Assembly: GCA_965248575.1 (NCBI GenBank)
Contig: CBDFJQ010000002.1
Location: 576,001 to 640,000, forward strand
Source: Planctomycetota bacterium
GTDB lineage: Bacteria > Planctomycetota > B15-G4
Reading direction: 5' to 3'
DNA length: 64,000 bases
Positions 29,787 through 39,662 of the stretch are shown here, in pieces. Position numbers and translations under genes: made by a program. The notes under the pieces were generated by a model. That model was not told the DNA's origin and ran no database searches. It saw only the letters and a program-made list of their open reading frames with translations. The stretch's first letter is position 1. The number at the start of each line of letters is the position of its first letter.

Positions 29787-29930
29787 GGTTCGGCTAATGG
29801 GTCGGCTCGCGGGCGGGGCATAGGTCCAGGGACCATGAGGGCACGCGAAGTTGGCGGTGGAGACAAAGGGCCGGGCATACTATCAGTTAGAGCACGGACC
29901 ACGACGGCACCCCTCGGGACACCCAACGGC

Positions 29931-30821
29931 ATGGTGGACAAGGACGCGGCGGGAGCCGCGAGGGCCCAGGGCTCCAGTGCGCCAGGCCACGTGGAGCACG
30001 TCCCCCAGAGCGCCTACGAATCCCTCTACTTCGTACTCGCGGTGCTCTTCGTGGCGATGCTGATGCTCACGAACATCATCGGCACGAAGCTGTTCGTGGT
30101 GACGCCCGAGCTGCCCGTTTTGGGTCCGGTCATCGGCTGGGTGGGCTCCCTGGTGGCACAGCTCTTCCCGGAGCAAGCCAGCGAGGCCATCACGCTCACG
30201 GCCGGCATCATCACCTACCCGGTCACCTTCCTGATCACCGACATCGTGTCCGAGACTTTCGGGCGCAAGCGGGCCGACCGCATGGTGTGGTTGGGCTTCG
30301 GCTCCTCGCTGCTGATGTTGGGGGTGTTGGACGTCGCCCGGCGACTGACGCCTTCACCCTACTGGCAGGTGCCAGACGCCTACGCCGAGGTGTTCCGCCC
30401 GGACCTGGTCACGCTGGCTGCGGACGGCACGCAGGTGGCGTCTTCGGTGGCCAGTCAGGCGGCCTACCTGTTCACCTTCGATGCTCCGGGCACGCTGCTG
30501 TTGGCGTCCATGACGGCCTATCTGGTGGCACAACTCGTGGACAACCGCCTGTTCCACTTCTGGCGCCGGCTGACCAAGGGCAAGGCGCTATGGTTCCGCA
30601 ACAACATGTCCACCATGCTGTCGCAGTTGGTGGACACCATCATCGTCAACGCCATCTTCCTGCACTTCTACTGGAAGATGGAGTGGCCCGCGATCTGGGC
30701 CGTGATCATCGGTGTCTATGTGCTCAAGGCATTCATGGCCCTGCTCGATACACCCGCCTGCTATCTGGGCGTGTGGTGGGCGGGGCGCGTCGGCGCAGCA
30801 AGGCAGAGGAATGAAACATGA
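29931..30821 (+). CDS. Queuosine precursor transporter (VUT/YhhQ family)
   Basis: NIIGTK, YPVTFLITDIVSE.FG, ASMTAYLVAQLVD, LWFRNNMSTMLSQLVDT, DTP; the 5' extension in the ORF track is the antisense of the crotonase gene. Confidence 0.9.
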   Translation: MVDKDAAGAARAQGSSAPGHVEHVPQSAYESLYFVLAVLFVAMLMLTNIIGTKLFVVTPELPVLGPVIGWVGSLVAQLFPEQASEAITLTAGIITYPVTFLITDIVSETFGRKRADRMVWLGFGSSLLMLGVLDVARRLTPSPYWQVPDAYAEVFRPDLVTLAADGTQVASSVASQAAYLFTFDAPGTLLLASMTAYLVAQLVDNRLFHFWRRLTKGKALWFRNNMSTMLSQLVDTIIVNAIFLHFYWKMEWPAIWAVIIGVYVLKAFMALLDTPACYLGVWWAGRVGAARQRNET

Positions 30822-31372
30822 CGGATGCGCTGCACGACCTACGGTTTCCTGTGGGGGAGTTCGAGGTGCCCGGCGATGTCGGCGCCGCCCGGATCTCAGG
30901 CTGGGTCGATGAAATCGAGGCCTTGCCCGGCCTGCTGCGTTCGACCGTCAGCGGCATGGACGCAACGCAACTGGGCACACCCTATCGGCCCGAGGGTTGG
31001 ACGGTGCAAAAGGTCGTGCACCACCTCGCCGACAGTCACTTGAACAGCTTCGTGCGCTTCAAGTGGGCGCTGACAGAGGAGCGACCGACCATCAAGGCCT
31101 ACGATGAAGTGCGTTGGGCCGAGACCCCCGACGCAGGCAGCGCCCCGCTGGGCCCCTCACTGGACTGGTTGGATGCATTGCACAAGCGCTGGTGCGTGTT
31201 GCTCCGCGCGCTCTCGCCCGAGCAGCTGGACCGGGAATTCGTGCACCCGGTCTCTGGGCCGGTGTCCCTGCGGGTGAACGTGGGCATCTACGCCTGGCAT
31301 GGGCGACATCACCGGGCGCACATCACGAGCCTTGCTGCGCGCCAGGGATGGTCCCTGCCCACAGCCAGTTGA
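30818..31372 (+). CDS. yfiT: YfiT/BstA family thiol S-transferase (DinB superfamily)
   Basis: LRFPVGEF, YRPEGWTVQKVVHHLADSH, PTIKAYDE..WA, YAWHGRHH. Confidence 0.92.
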   Translation: MTDALHDLRFPVGEFEVPGDVGAARISGWVDEIEALPGLLRSTVSGMDATQLGTPYRPEGWTVQKVVHHLADSHLNSFVRFKWALTEERPTIKAYDEVRWAETPDAGSAPLGPSLDWLDALHKRWCVLLRALSPEQLDREFVHPVSGPVSLRVNVGIYAWHGRHHRAHITSLAARQGWSLPTAS

Positions 31373-31375
31373 ACG

Positions 31376-32902
31376 TCAATCGTCGCGCATGCTCCGGGGC
31401 AGGGCGGGAAGTGACTCCTCCGACACGGGCGAGACGTACGGGAAGGCCCGGGACTGCTGCTCGAACTCGTCCCGCATGGCCTGCACGAGGGAGGGCCGGG
31501 TGAGCACGTCGATGCCCGCGGCGGAAAGGACCTTGGCCGCGTTGAGCATGGCCTTCTGTGCTGCACTGGAGCCGCTGGCGGCGGTGGACGCCCAGGAATG
31601 GGCGGGGACATCGAGGGGCCAGTTCGCAACGCGCAGGCCGATCGTGGGACAGACCCAGGAAATGTTCGCCACATCCGTGGAACCACCGGGTTCCGGCGCA
31701 GCGTCGGGATCGAAGGCTGTGATCTCCGTGTGCATTCCTGAGGGCGCTACGCCGAAGGCCGCCTGGAGGTCAGCGGCGAAGGACTGCTCCTCCGAGGTGT
31801 AGTCGGTGGGGCCTACGAGCCGCAGGTTGGCGTGCATCATCTCGGCGGCCGCGAGGTTTGGGTTGTAGTGGTAGAGGCCGGTGAACATCTCGACCTCTGC
31901 CGCGCGAAAGCCCGCGTCGAGGTCGCCGTGTTGTTCGCCCCAGGACATGAGGTCGGCGCCCTCCACGATCTTCAGCACGTGCTGGAACACTTGCTCCTGC
32001 TCGGGCCAGTCCTGGCCCCGCGTGAAGAGCCAGACACTGGCTTCGGACGGCACGATGTTGGGGGCTTCACCGCCACCCGTGACGACGTAGTGGATGCGCG
32101 CCGTCTCCGGCATGTGCTCCCGAAGCAGGTTGACCCCCGTCTCAAAGGCCTCCACGGCGTCCAGGGCCGAGACGCCGCTCCAGGGCGCGCCTGCAGCGTG
32201 GGCTGAACGGCCGTAGAACGTGACCTCGAAGGAGCGCAGCGCCTTGCTGGGTTGCATGCTCACCTTGTTCTGGTTGGCGGGGTGCCAGGAGAGGCAGGCG
32301 TCCACATCGTCGAACAGTCCGTCGCGCACCATGAAGACCTTGCCCAGGCCCTGCTCTTCGGCCGGGGTCCCGTAGACGCGTACGGTGCCCTGCAAGCCGT
32401 GGGACTCCATGGCCTGCTTGAGGGCGATGCCTGCGCCGACGCTTCCCGCTCCAAAGAGGTTGTGCCCGCAGCCGTGGCCGCCGGCGCCGGGGATGCGGAT
32501 GGCGTGCTCTGCGGAGACCTCCTGGGACAGCCCAGGCAAGGCGTCGTACTCCGCGAGGTAGGCCACGACGGGGGACCCGCTGCCATAGCTGGCCACGAAG
32601 GCGGTGGGCATGTCGGAGACGCCCCGCTCGACCTGGAAGCCATCCGCTTCGAGCATGGCCACCAGGGCATCTGCCGACGCCGACTCGCGCAGGGCAAGCT
32701 CGGCGTGGCGCCAGATCTCGAGGCTCGCATTCACCAGGCTGTCGGCATGCGCGTCGACCGATTGCGCTGCCGTTTGCTTGGTGTCCGTCCAGCTGGCCGC
32801 GACGCGCAGCGGCTCCGGGCTCTCCTGTTGGGCGAGCCCCAGGGCGCTGCCGGTGGACAGGGCGCTGGCAAGGGACAGAAGGATGGCATGCGGTGCGGAC
32901 AT
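31376..32902 (-). CDS. M20 amidohydrolase (AbgB-like, p-aminobenzoyl-glutamate hydrolase subunit B family) with signal peptide
   Basis: AEYDALPGLSQ, GHGCGHNLFG, GTPAEE, GGSTDVANISW..P, HSW. Confidence 0.9.
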   Translation of the reverse strand: MSAPHAILLSLASALSTGSALGLAQQESPEPLRVAASWTDTKQTAAQSVDAHADSLVNASLEIWRHAELALRESASADALVAMLEADGFQVERGVSDMPTAFVASYGSGSPVVAYLAEYDALPGLSQEVSAEHAIRIPGAGGHGCGHNLFGAGSVGAGIALKQAMESHGLQGTVRVYGTPAEEQGLGKVFMVRDGLFDDVDACLSWHPANQNKVSMQPSKALRSFEVTFYGRSAHAAGAPWSGVSALDAVEAFETGVNLLREHMPETARIHYVVTGGGEAPNIVPSEASVWLFTRGQDWPEQEQVFQHVLKIVEGADLMSWGEQHGDLDAGFRAAEVEMFTGLYHYNPNLAAAEMMHANLRLVGPTDYTSEEQSFAADLQAAFGVAPSGMHTEITAFDPDAAPEPGGSTDVANISWVCPTIGLRVANWPLDVPAHSWASTAASGSSAAQKAMLNAAKVLSAAGIDVLTRPSLVQAMRDEFEQQSRAFPYVSPVSEESLPALPRSMRDD

Positions 32903-33027
32903 CGGAATCTCCAAGGAAGTGCCGCGCAGATTATCGAATCCTCTATCCTCTCTGCGTCTCCTCAATCCGAACACCGAAAGCCGATCGCTGAGTTCCAAGG
33001 TCGGCAAGGCCTCAGGAGGGCCATCGC

Positions 33028-35286
33028 GTGCACGATCAGATCAAGGAGGCCCGGCGCGTCGGGCTCGGCAGCGTGGGGTGGCCAGCTGTGGCGGCACGCA
33101 TGACGTTGGCGGCGTTGCTGGTGACGGCCGCCGGAAGCGGTCTCGGCAACAGACTGTCAGCCCAGGCGGCTGCATCCACTGCACCCAGCACCGTCGCCGC
33201 GGACTTGCGGACAGGGCAGCAGCTCCTGGGCCAGCAGAAGTTCGACGAGGCCGCGGAGGTCTTTGGCGCACTCACAACGGCTCAGCCAGGTCACGGGCAA
33301 GCGTGGTTCCTGCAAGGTTACGCGCTGCATGCCGCCGGGCGTCTGGATGAGGCACTCAAGGCTCATCTGCAGGCGGTTGTCTTGCGCTTCAACGTGGCCG
33401 GCTCCTCCTACAACGCGGCCTGCGCCTACGCATTGAAGGGCGAGACGGTGCTGGCGCTCGAGTGGCTGGAGCGGGCGTGGGTCGCCGGCTTCGCCGATGT
33501 GAACGGACTGTCGACGGACCCTGACCTCAGCAGCGTCCGCGGGCATGAGCGCTTCAAAGCGCTGCAAGCGGCCATGGGGGAGACGGTTTCGGGCCAGTCG
33601 CTGGCGCTGGGCGAGATCACGACTCTCGGCGATGCCATGCCCGGCATCGGCGGGGGCATCGTGGTGGATGCCGAGGGATCGATCTTCGTCGCCGACTTCC
33701 TGACGACCCTCTACAAGCAGTTGCCCTCGGGCGAGAGGGAGGTGTTCGCCAGCGGGATCCCGGTCCCTTCCGGCATCGGGTTGGACTCCCAAGGGCGTGT
33801 CTACCAATCCGCGTTCAAGGCGGGGGAGGTGCTGCGATTCTCGCCATCCGGGGACACGCGCGAGGTGTTGGCGACAGGCATCCCCGATCCCGTAGGCATC
33901 GTGTTGGACGCTGAAGACCGGGTGTTCGTCACGAGTTGCAAGACGTCCTCCATCTACACCATCAGCCCGGCAGGCTCGCTCAGGCTGCTGGTGCAAGACC
34001 CGCTCTTGCAGTGCCCCAACGGCATCACCCGCGATGAGCAAGGCAACCTCTACGTGTGCAATTTCAACGACGGGATGGTGTTGCGCATCTCTCCCGAGGG
34101 CGAGGTGTCTCCGCTCGCCAACATCCCTGGGGGCAACAACGGGCACATCACCTATCGGCACGGCTTCCTGTGGGTGGCAGCCATGAGCGCCCATCAGCTG
34201 TACCGTTTGAGCCTGGACGGGGAGCTGCGGCTCATCGCGGGCGTAGGGGGCGCTGGAGGTCAGGACGGCCCAGGCCTGCAAGCGACCCTCTTCAAGCCCA
34301 ACGCCATGGCCTTCGATCCCGAGGGCACAACGCTCTACTGGAACGGCCAACGGGGCTACCTCGCTGACCCGGCTTCGAAGCAGGCCAGCATCGTGCGCGG
34401 ACTTGAGCTCGGGCAGAATGCCTTGCAAGAAGAGCAGCAGAGAGAGGCCTCGGGCGCTGGCGAGATGTCCACGCTGGGCGACCCGATCCAGGGCGGCACC
34501 GGTGGCCTGGCGCTGGCAGCGGACGGCAGTGTGCTCATGGCCGACTTCGTCTCCACGCTGTACCGGGTGACTCCGGCGGGAGAGATGAGCGTCTTTGCGA
34601 GCGGCATCCAGACGCCCTCGGGGCTGGCCGTGGATCCGGACGGGCGGGTGTACCAAGCGGCGCTCAACGGGAACAATCTGCTGCGCTTCGAGGCCGACGG
34701 TACGCGCCGCGAGGTGGTCGCGAGCGGGATCCCGGGTCCGGTGGGGGTTGCCATGGGAGCAGAGGGTGAGGTCTTCGTCACCAGCTGCAATGCCAACGCG
34801 ATCTATCGGCTCGACCGCGACGGCTCCTTGTCGCGCTTCGCGCAGAGCCCGCTGCTTCAGTGCCCCAACGGACTCGTCCAGGATGATGAGGGCAACCTCT
34901 ACACCTGCAACTTCAACGATGGTTGGGTGCTGCGCATTTCTGCCGAGGGTGAGGTGTCTCCGCTCGCCAACATCCCGGGCGGCAACAACGGGCACATCAC
35001 CTACCGCTCGGGCTCGCTCTACGTGGCGGGCAAGGCGTCACCACGCCTCTACCGCCTGAGCTTGGAGGGTAGCCTCACAGCACTCGCTGGTACGGGTCGG
35101 AAGGGCGCTGTGGACGGCCCCGCCCTGGGCGCCAGCATGATGCGCCCCAACGGCCTGGTGTTCAGCGCGGATGGACTCAGCCTCTACGTGAACGACCACC
35201 AGGGAGACGCCGTGAATGCCTACGCCGCCGGCCCGAGTGTCCTGCGCAGGCTGACTCTTCCGGAGGGGGTACACGCCGCGCGCTAG
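33028..35286 (+). CDS. Exported TPR protein with two tandem SMP-30/NHL-type beta-propellers
   Basis: AGGAGG before the GTG; TPR and YNAACAYAL...DPDLSSVR module; duplicated 283-aa propeller (LQCPNG...GNLY.CNFNDG.VLRIS.EGEVSPLANIPGGNNGHITYR). Confidence 0.85.
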   Translation: MHDQIKEARRVGLGSVGWPAVAARMTLAALLVTAAGSGLGNRLSAQAAASTAPSTVAADLRTGQQLLGQQKFDEAAEVFGALTTAQPGHGQAWFLQGYALHAAGRLDEALKAHLQAVVLRFNVAGSSYNAACAYALKGETVLALEWLERAWVAGFADVNGLSTDPDLSSVRGHERFKALQAAMGETVSGQSLALGEITTLGDAMPGIGGGIVVDAEGSIFVADFLTTLYKQLPSGEREVFASGIPVPSGIGLDSQGRVYQSAFKAGEVLRFSPSGDTREVLATGIPDPVGIVLDAEDRVFVTSCKTSSIYTISPAGSLRLLVQDPLLQCPNGITRDEQGNLYVCNFNDGMVLRISPEGEVSPLANIPGGNNGHITYRHGFLWVAAMSAHQLYRLSLDGELRLIAGVGGAGGQDGPGLQATLFKPNAMAFDPEGTTLYWNGQRGYLADPASKQASIVRGLELGQNALQEEQQREASGAGEMSTLGDPIQGGTGGLALAADGSVLMADFVSTLYRVTPAGEMSVFASGIQTPSGLAVDPDGRVYQAALNGNNLLRFEADGTRREVVASGIPGPVGVAMGAEGEVFVTSCNANAIYRLDRDGSLSRFAQSPLLQCPNGLVQDDEGNLYTCNFNDGWVLRISAEGEVSPLANIPGGNNGHITYRSGSLYVAGKASPRLYRLSLEGSLTALAGTGRKGAVDGPALGASMMRPNGLVFSADGLSLYVNDHQGDAVNAYAAGPSVLRRLTLPEGVHAAR

Positions 35287-35311
35287 CAAGCCCTGTTCGA
35301 TGTCAGCCCGC

Positions 35312-37156
35312 TCAGGCGCTTAACTGTTCGAGCTGTTTGTCGAAACGTGCTCGTGCCGTCTCCAGTTCGTCGCTGACACGCTCCAGCTCTTCAAAGTGTT
35401 CTTCGATGGTCGCGCGTTTCGCGGCGGCCTGGGTGGCCAGCTTGGCCAGGTCGCTGCTGCGACCGTCAGAGGCGGCCCACGTGATCTGCTGCTCCGCGTC
35501 CTTCACCTCGTCCTCCAGCTGGACGATGGCCTTCTCGAGCTTGTTCACTCGGTTCTTCAAGGGGTTCGTGGCCTTGCTGCGTGCCGTCACGATCTCGGCC
35601 CGCTTGCGGCGCATCTCCTTGGACTTCGGAGCGCTGGCGGCCTTCTTCTTGGTGTTCAGCCCTTCGTCCGTCTCTGACTGCCACCCGACCCGATCCAGGA
35701 AGTCCCGGTAGCCGCCCTGGAAGAGGGAGACCTTGCCGCCGTCGAAAACGATCAGTCGCGTGGCCAGGCGTTCGAGGATCATCTCGCTGTGAGTGACCAA
35801 CAGGACGCTTCCGGGGAAGGCGTCCACGGCGTCCATGAGGCCGTCGATGCTCTCGATGTCGAGGTGGTTCGTGGGTTCGTCGAGCAACAGGAGGTTGGCG
35901 GGGCTGACGAGCAGCTTGCCCAGCAGGACGCGGCTGCGCTCGCCGCCTGAGAGCACCTCGATGCGCTTGAGGGCGCTGTCTCCGGAGAACATCAGCAGAC
36001 CGCAGAGGGTGCGTACGCCCGTCCGGTTCTTGTCGGGGTGCACCGCCAGCAGTTCTTCTTCGACGGTGTTGCGTGTGTCGAGCCGGGCGATGTTGGTCTG
36101 GCCGAAGTAGGCGATCTGGGTGTTGGGGTTCTGCTTGATCACGCCCGCGCGGGGTGCGAACTCCGATGCCAACAGGTTGAGCAGCGTCGTCTTGCCCTTG
36201 CCGTTGGGCCCGATGATGGCGATGCGATCCCCTCGATCGATGGTGAAGTCGAGTCCCTCGAGCAGCGATGGGCCATCTGGAAAACCGAACTCCAGGTCGC
36301 TCACCGTCATCATGGTGCTGGAGTGGAAGGGCGCCGCGTTGAACTTGAAGGCGAGGTCAGCCTGCGTCTCCAAGGCCTCCATCTCTCCGCGCCGCGCCAA
36401 GGCCTTGATACGCGATTGCACGAGCGTTGCCTTGGAAGCCTTGGAGCGGAAGCGCTCGATGAAGCGTTCTTCCTGTTTGCGCTTCTTCTGCTCGTTGGCC
36501 CGGGTGCTCTCGTAGATCTCCTCCTCGGTGAAGATCTGCTCGTACAGCTTCTCCACGCTGCCTTCCATGCGCCTCAGCTTGCGCCGATGCACGGCCATGG
36601 TGTGGGTCGTGACGCTGTTCATGAACTGCCGATCGTGCGTGATCAGCATGAGCTCGTTGCGCCATGAGCGGAGGTAGCGGCTGAGCCAGCGCACCGACAC
36701 GATGTCCAGGTAGTTGGTGGGCTCATCGAGCAGGAGCAGGTTCGGCTCTTCCACGAGCACGCGCGCGAGGTTCACGCGGATCTGGTAGCCGCCTGAGAAC
36801 TCGCTGGCCGGCCGGGTCAGCTCTTGCTTGCTGAAGCCCAGGCCCATGAGCGCAGCCTCGGCGCGATAGCCCTCCTCGCTGACGCGGTCACCGAGCACCT
36901 TCAGCACTTCGTCGAGGATACTTGCCTCGTGGAACTCGAGGTGCTGGGACAAGTGGCCGATGCGGTAGCCCTTGGGCAGCACGATGGTGCCGCCGTCGCT
37001 GGACTCCTCGCCCAGCAACATGCGAAAGAGCGTCGTCTTGCCGTGGCCATTGCGGCCGACGATCCCGAGCCGTTCGCCGGGTGTCATCAGGAAGGTGGCG
37101 TCGTCGAAGACGACCTGCTCACCATAGGACTTGGCGAGGTTCTGGACCGAGATCAT
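35312..37156 (-). CDS. ABC-F family ATPase (ribosome-associated; YheS/Uup-like)
   Basis: Two NBDs: GRNGHGKTT / FSGG / LLLLDEPTNYLD and GPNGKGKTT / LSGGE / LLLLDEPTNHLD; C-terminal coiled coil; no TM segments. Confidence 0.95.
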   Translation of the reverse strand: MISVQNLAKSYGEQVVFDDATFLMTPGERLGIVGRNGHGKTTLFRMLLGEESSDGGTIVLPKGYRIGHLSQHLEFHEASILDEVLKVLGDRVSEEGYRAEAALMGLGFSKQELTRPASEFSGGYQIRVNLARVLVEEPNLLLLDEPTNYLDIVSVRWLSRYLRSWRNELMLITHDRQFMNSVTTHTMAVHRRKLRRMEGSVEKLYEQIFTEEEIYESTRANEQKKRKQEERFIERFRSKASKATLVQSRIKALARRGEMEALETQADLAFKFNAAPFHSSTMMTVSDLEFGFPDGPSLLEGLDFTIDRGDRIAIIGPNGKGKTTLLNLLASEFAPRAGVIKQNPNTQIAYFGQTNIARLDTRNTVEEELLAVHPDKNRTGVRTLCGLLMFSGDSALKRIEVLSGGERSRVLLGKLLVSPANLLLLDEPTNHLDIESIDGLMDAVDAFPGSVLLVTHSEMILERLATRLIVFDGGKVSLFQGGYRDFLDRVGWQSETDEGLNTKKKAASAPKSKEMRRKRAEIVTARSKATNPLKNRVNKLEKAIVQLEDEVKDAEQQITWAASDGRSSDLAKLATQAAAKRATIEEHFEELERVSDELETARARFDKQLEQLSA

Positions 37157-37348
37157 GAGCGGAGCGGGGCCGGGTGGCACGGGGCCGAGGTGCTGCGGAA
37201 CGGGCCACGGCGTGCAGCCATGGGCTGGCGCGCGAGCTGGCCACGGAGAAAGGGTGGCCAGGGATGGTCGGGGCTCTCGTGCCCGGCGTCAACAACGGCC
37301 TGGAGGCGTTCGATTCAGGCGTCGATGATTTTGCCGTCGACCCGCGCT

Positions 37349-37783
37349 TCAGCCAGTGCTGCGCAAGGTGAAGTGCAGCCGCATGATCGAGCGGCGGTCG
37401 TCTTCCAGCTCCAGATTGCGGTAGCAGGAGTCGAAGTCCACCCAGCGCACATCGGCCACGGATTCGGTGGGGTAGAGGTCGACCCCCTCACCCCGCACCT
37501 GGTAGCCAACGCTCCAGTCCACCTCGTCCAGGTCACCGATCTGCAGGTGCGTGGCCAGTTGGAGGTCCACGATCTGGCGTGGCGCATCGAGACCGACGAG
37601 CTCGCCCGCATTGCGCACGGCTGCCTGGAAGATGTTCTCGTCCGGGCGCATGACACCCGTCACGGGGGCCCAGAAGGACTCCATGACCGGCTCGTTGCGC
37701 ACCACCAGGTACTCAAAGCGATCAGCAGTCCGGCGAAAGGCGAAGACCCGGACGCGGTGCAGTTGCTCAGCCATGGTGTCCAT
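37349..37783 (-). CDS. NUDIX-fold protein (NudB-like) with degenerate Nudix box
   Basis: FEYLVVR...FWAPVTG.....E....AAVR...E.VGL...RWVD. Confidence 0.72.
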   Translation of the reverse strand: MDTMAEQLHRVRVFAFRRTADRFEYLVVRNEPVMESFWAPVTGVMRPDENIFQAAVRNAGELVGLDAPRQIVDLQLATHLQIGDLDEVDWSVGYQVRGEGVDLYPTESVADVRWVDFDSCYRNLELEDDRRSIMRLHFTLRSTG

Positions 37784-37888
37784 CCCGAAAGAGGCGCTGT
37801 AGCGGTGGATTCCGCGATAAAGCGATCTATCGTGATGCGACCATGTTTCCCTTGAGTGGAAAGGCCGGGAAAGCCTGGAACGACCCTT

Positions 37889-39442
37889 TCAGGCTTCGGG
37901 GGCAGGCGCTCCAAAGCTGCCCTGGATGAGCGATTTGAAGCCCTGGAGGGCGGTGCGTTGCATGGAGAACTGGAGGCCACGCAGGCCACCGAGTTCCTCA
38001 CCGCCACCGGCTCGACCGGGCCCGCCATGGGTCATTGACGGCAGGACGAGCCCGGGGCCCATGCCGTGCTCAGCCACCTTGCTGCCGCCCATGTAGATGC
38101 GGCCGCTCCAGGGGGCGAGCCCCAGGGCGAGATCCGTGGCGAATCGGCGGTTGTCGCTGTAGAGCGAGGTGAGCAGGCTGCCACCACCACGCGCGACAAG
38201 GCGTACGGCCTCCTCGGCCTTGCCCGAGTAGGGCACCAGGGTCGCGACGGGGCCAAACACCTCGTCCGCGTGGACGGCGTCCGCGTCGCCGTTCCGGGCT
38301 CGCAGCAGCGTTGGCATCTGGAAGGGGCCTTGCTCAAACGGGGAGCTGTCACCACCGCAGAGCACGTCGGCGACGGACTGCAGCTTGGACAACCCCTGGC
38401 GCACCGACGCGAGTTGTGCCGCGTTGGTGAGCGGGCCCATGCGGGTCTCGCTGTCCGTGGGGGCGCCCACCTTCACCCGGGCGAGGGCCTCGACCAGGGC
38501 TTCGCCAACATCATCGAGCATGGCCTCGGGCACGAGGATGCGGCGCACCGCGGTGCACTTCTGGCCGGCCTTCTGGGTCATCTCCCGCGCCATCTCCCGC
38601 AGGAACATGTCGAAGGCAGCGCAGTCGTCCTCAACGTCCGGGCCGAGCACTGCGGCGTTGAGGGAGTCGGCCTCGGCGTTGAGGCGTGCGGCGCGCTGCA
38701 CGAAGGCTGGATGGGCGCGCAGGATCCGGGCGGTGCCCGACGACCCGGTGAAGGCCACGCAGTCCTGGGACTCGACGTGGTTCAGCAGATCACCAGCACC
38801 TCCGGCCAGGAAGCTGAAGGCACCCTCGGGCAGGATGCCGGAGTCCACGATGATGTGTGCGATGCGCTCTGCCATGAGCGCCGTGGGGGTGCCGGGCTTC
38901 TCGAGCACCGGGACCCCGGCCAGCAGCGAGCACGCGGCCTTCTCCATCATGCCCCAGGCGGGAAAGTTGAAGGCGTTGATGTGCACGCCCACGCCGAGCC
39001 GCGAGACCCAGACGTGTTGGCCCTGGAAGTGCGGCGAACGGGAGAGCTGGATGGGGTCGCCGTCGGGCAGGAAGGTGCCGTCGGCGGGGAGCCCCTTGGC
39101 GAAGTAGGCGTAGGAGGCCAGGGTGCCCGTGGCACCATCGATGTCGAACTTGGCATCGCCGCGGGTGTTGCCGGCGTTGCGGATGCCCAGCTCGATGAGC
39201 TCTTCCCTGTGCTCGTGGATGGCTGCGCTGAGGGCCTTCAAGGCCGCGCCGCGCTCGGCGAAGGTCATGGCCCGCAGGGCGGGTCCGCCGATGCTGCGGG
39301 CGTGGCTGAGGGCTCCGCCCAGATCCAGGCCCTCGCTGCTCGCCGTGGCCAGGACCTCATCAGTCATGGGATTGACCAGCGGGCTTCCCTCACCGTCACC
39401 TGTGACCCATTGCCCGGAAAGGTAGCTCTGGAGCTTGCTCAT
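37889..39442 (-). CDS. 3,4-dehydroadipyl-CoA semialdehyde dehydrogenase / PaaZ-type aldehyde dehydrogenase domain
   Basis: HINAFNFPAWG, FTGSS, NAEADSLN, KAGQKCTAVRRI, EVFGPVATL, HGGPGRAGGGEELGG; no C-terminal MaoC domain. Confidence 0.88.
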   Translation of the reverse strand: MSKLQSYLSGQWVTGDGEGSPLVNPMTDEVLATASSEGLDLGGALSHARSIGGPALRAMTFAERGAALKALSAAIHEHREELIELGIRNAGNTRGDAKFDIDGATGTLASYAYFAKGLPADGTFLPDGDPIQLSRSPHFQGQHVWVSRLGVGVHINAFNFPAWGMMEKAACSLLAGVPVLEKPGTPTALMAERIAHIIVDSGILPEGAFSFLAGGAGDLLNHVESQDCVAFTGSSGTARILRAHPAFVQRAARLNAEADSLNAAVLGPDVEDDCAAFDMFLREMAREMTQKAGQKCTAVRRILVPEAMLDDVGEALVEALARVKVGAPTDSETRMGPLTNAAQLASVRQGLSKLQSVADVLCGGDSSPFEQGPFQMPTLLRARNGDADAVHADEVFGPVATLVPYSGKAEEAVRLVARGGGSLLTSLYSDNRRFATDLALGLAPWSGRIYMGGSKVAEHGMGPGLVLPSMTHGGPGRAGGGEELGGLRGLQFSMQRTALQGFKSLIQGSFGAPAPEA

Positions 39443-39662
39443 GTTGTTCTCCGTCGGTGGGCGCGCGCGTTCCTGCACAGGCTCGGACCGATCGGGCACC
39501 CTAGCAAGGCGACGTGGCTGGGCTCCAGCGCCCGCCCCACACTCGTCATTTGGCTGCCGGCGCATGGACGCCTTGGGCTGGGGGATCCACGACGTATCAT
39601 GCGGCCCTCCGGGAGCCTCTTGCCGAGTAGGGCTCCCTCCGATCCTTGGGAGCGTCCTGACC

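Noticed and set aside
29787..29930. preQ1 riboswitch upstream of the queuosine-precursor transporter
   Set aside because: No recognisable preQ1 aptamer stem or A-rich tail; the region is a short divergent promoter. An Rfam scan would settle it
28857..29930. Long N-terminal extension of the VUT transporter (654-aa ORF)
   Set aside because: Overlaps the crotonase gene on the opposite strand; transporter-like sequence starts after 29931
20020..30821. Functional clustering of tRNA-His(GUG) with the queuosine-precursor transporter
   Set aside because: They are about 10 kb apart, on opposite strands, with unrelated genes between; probably coincidence
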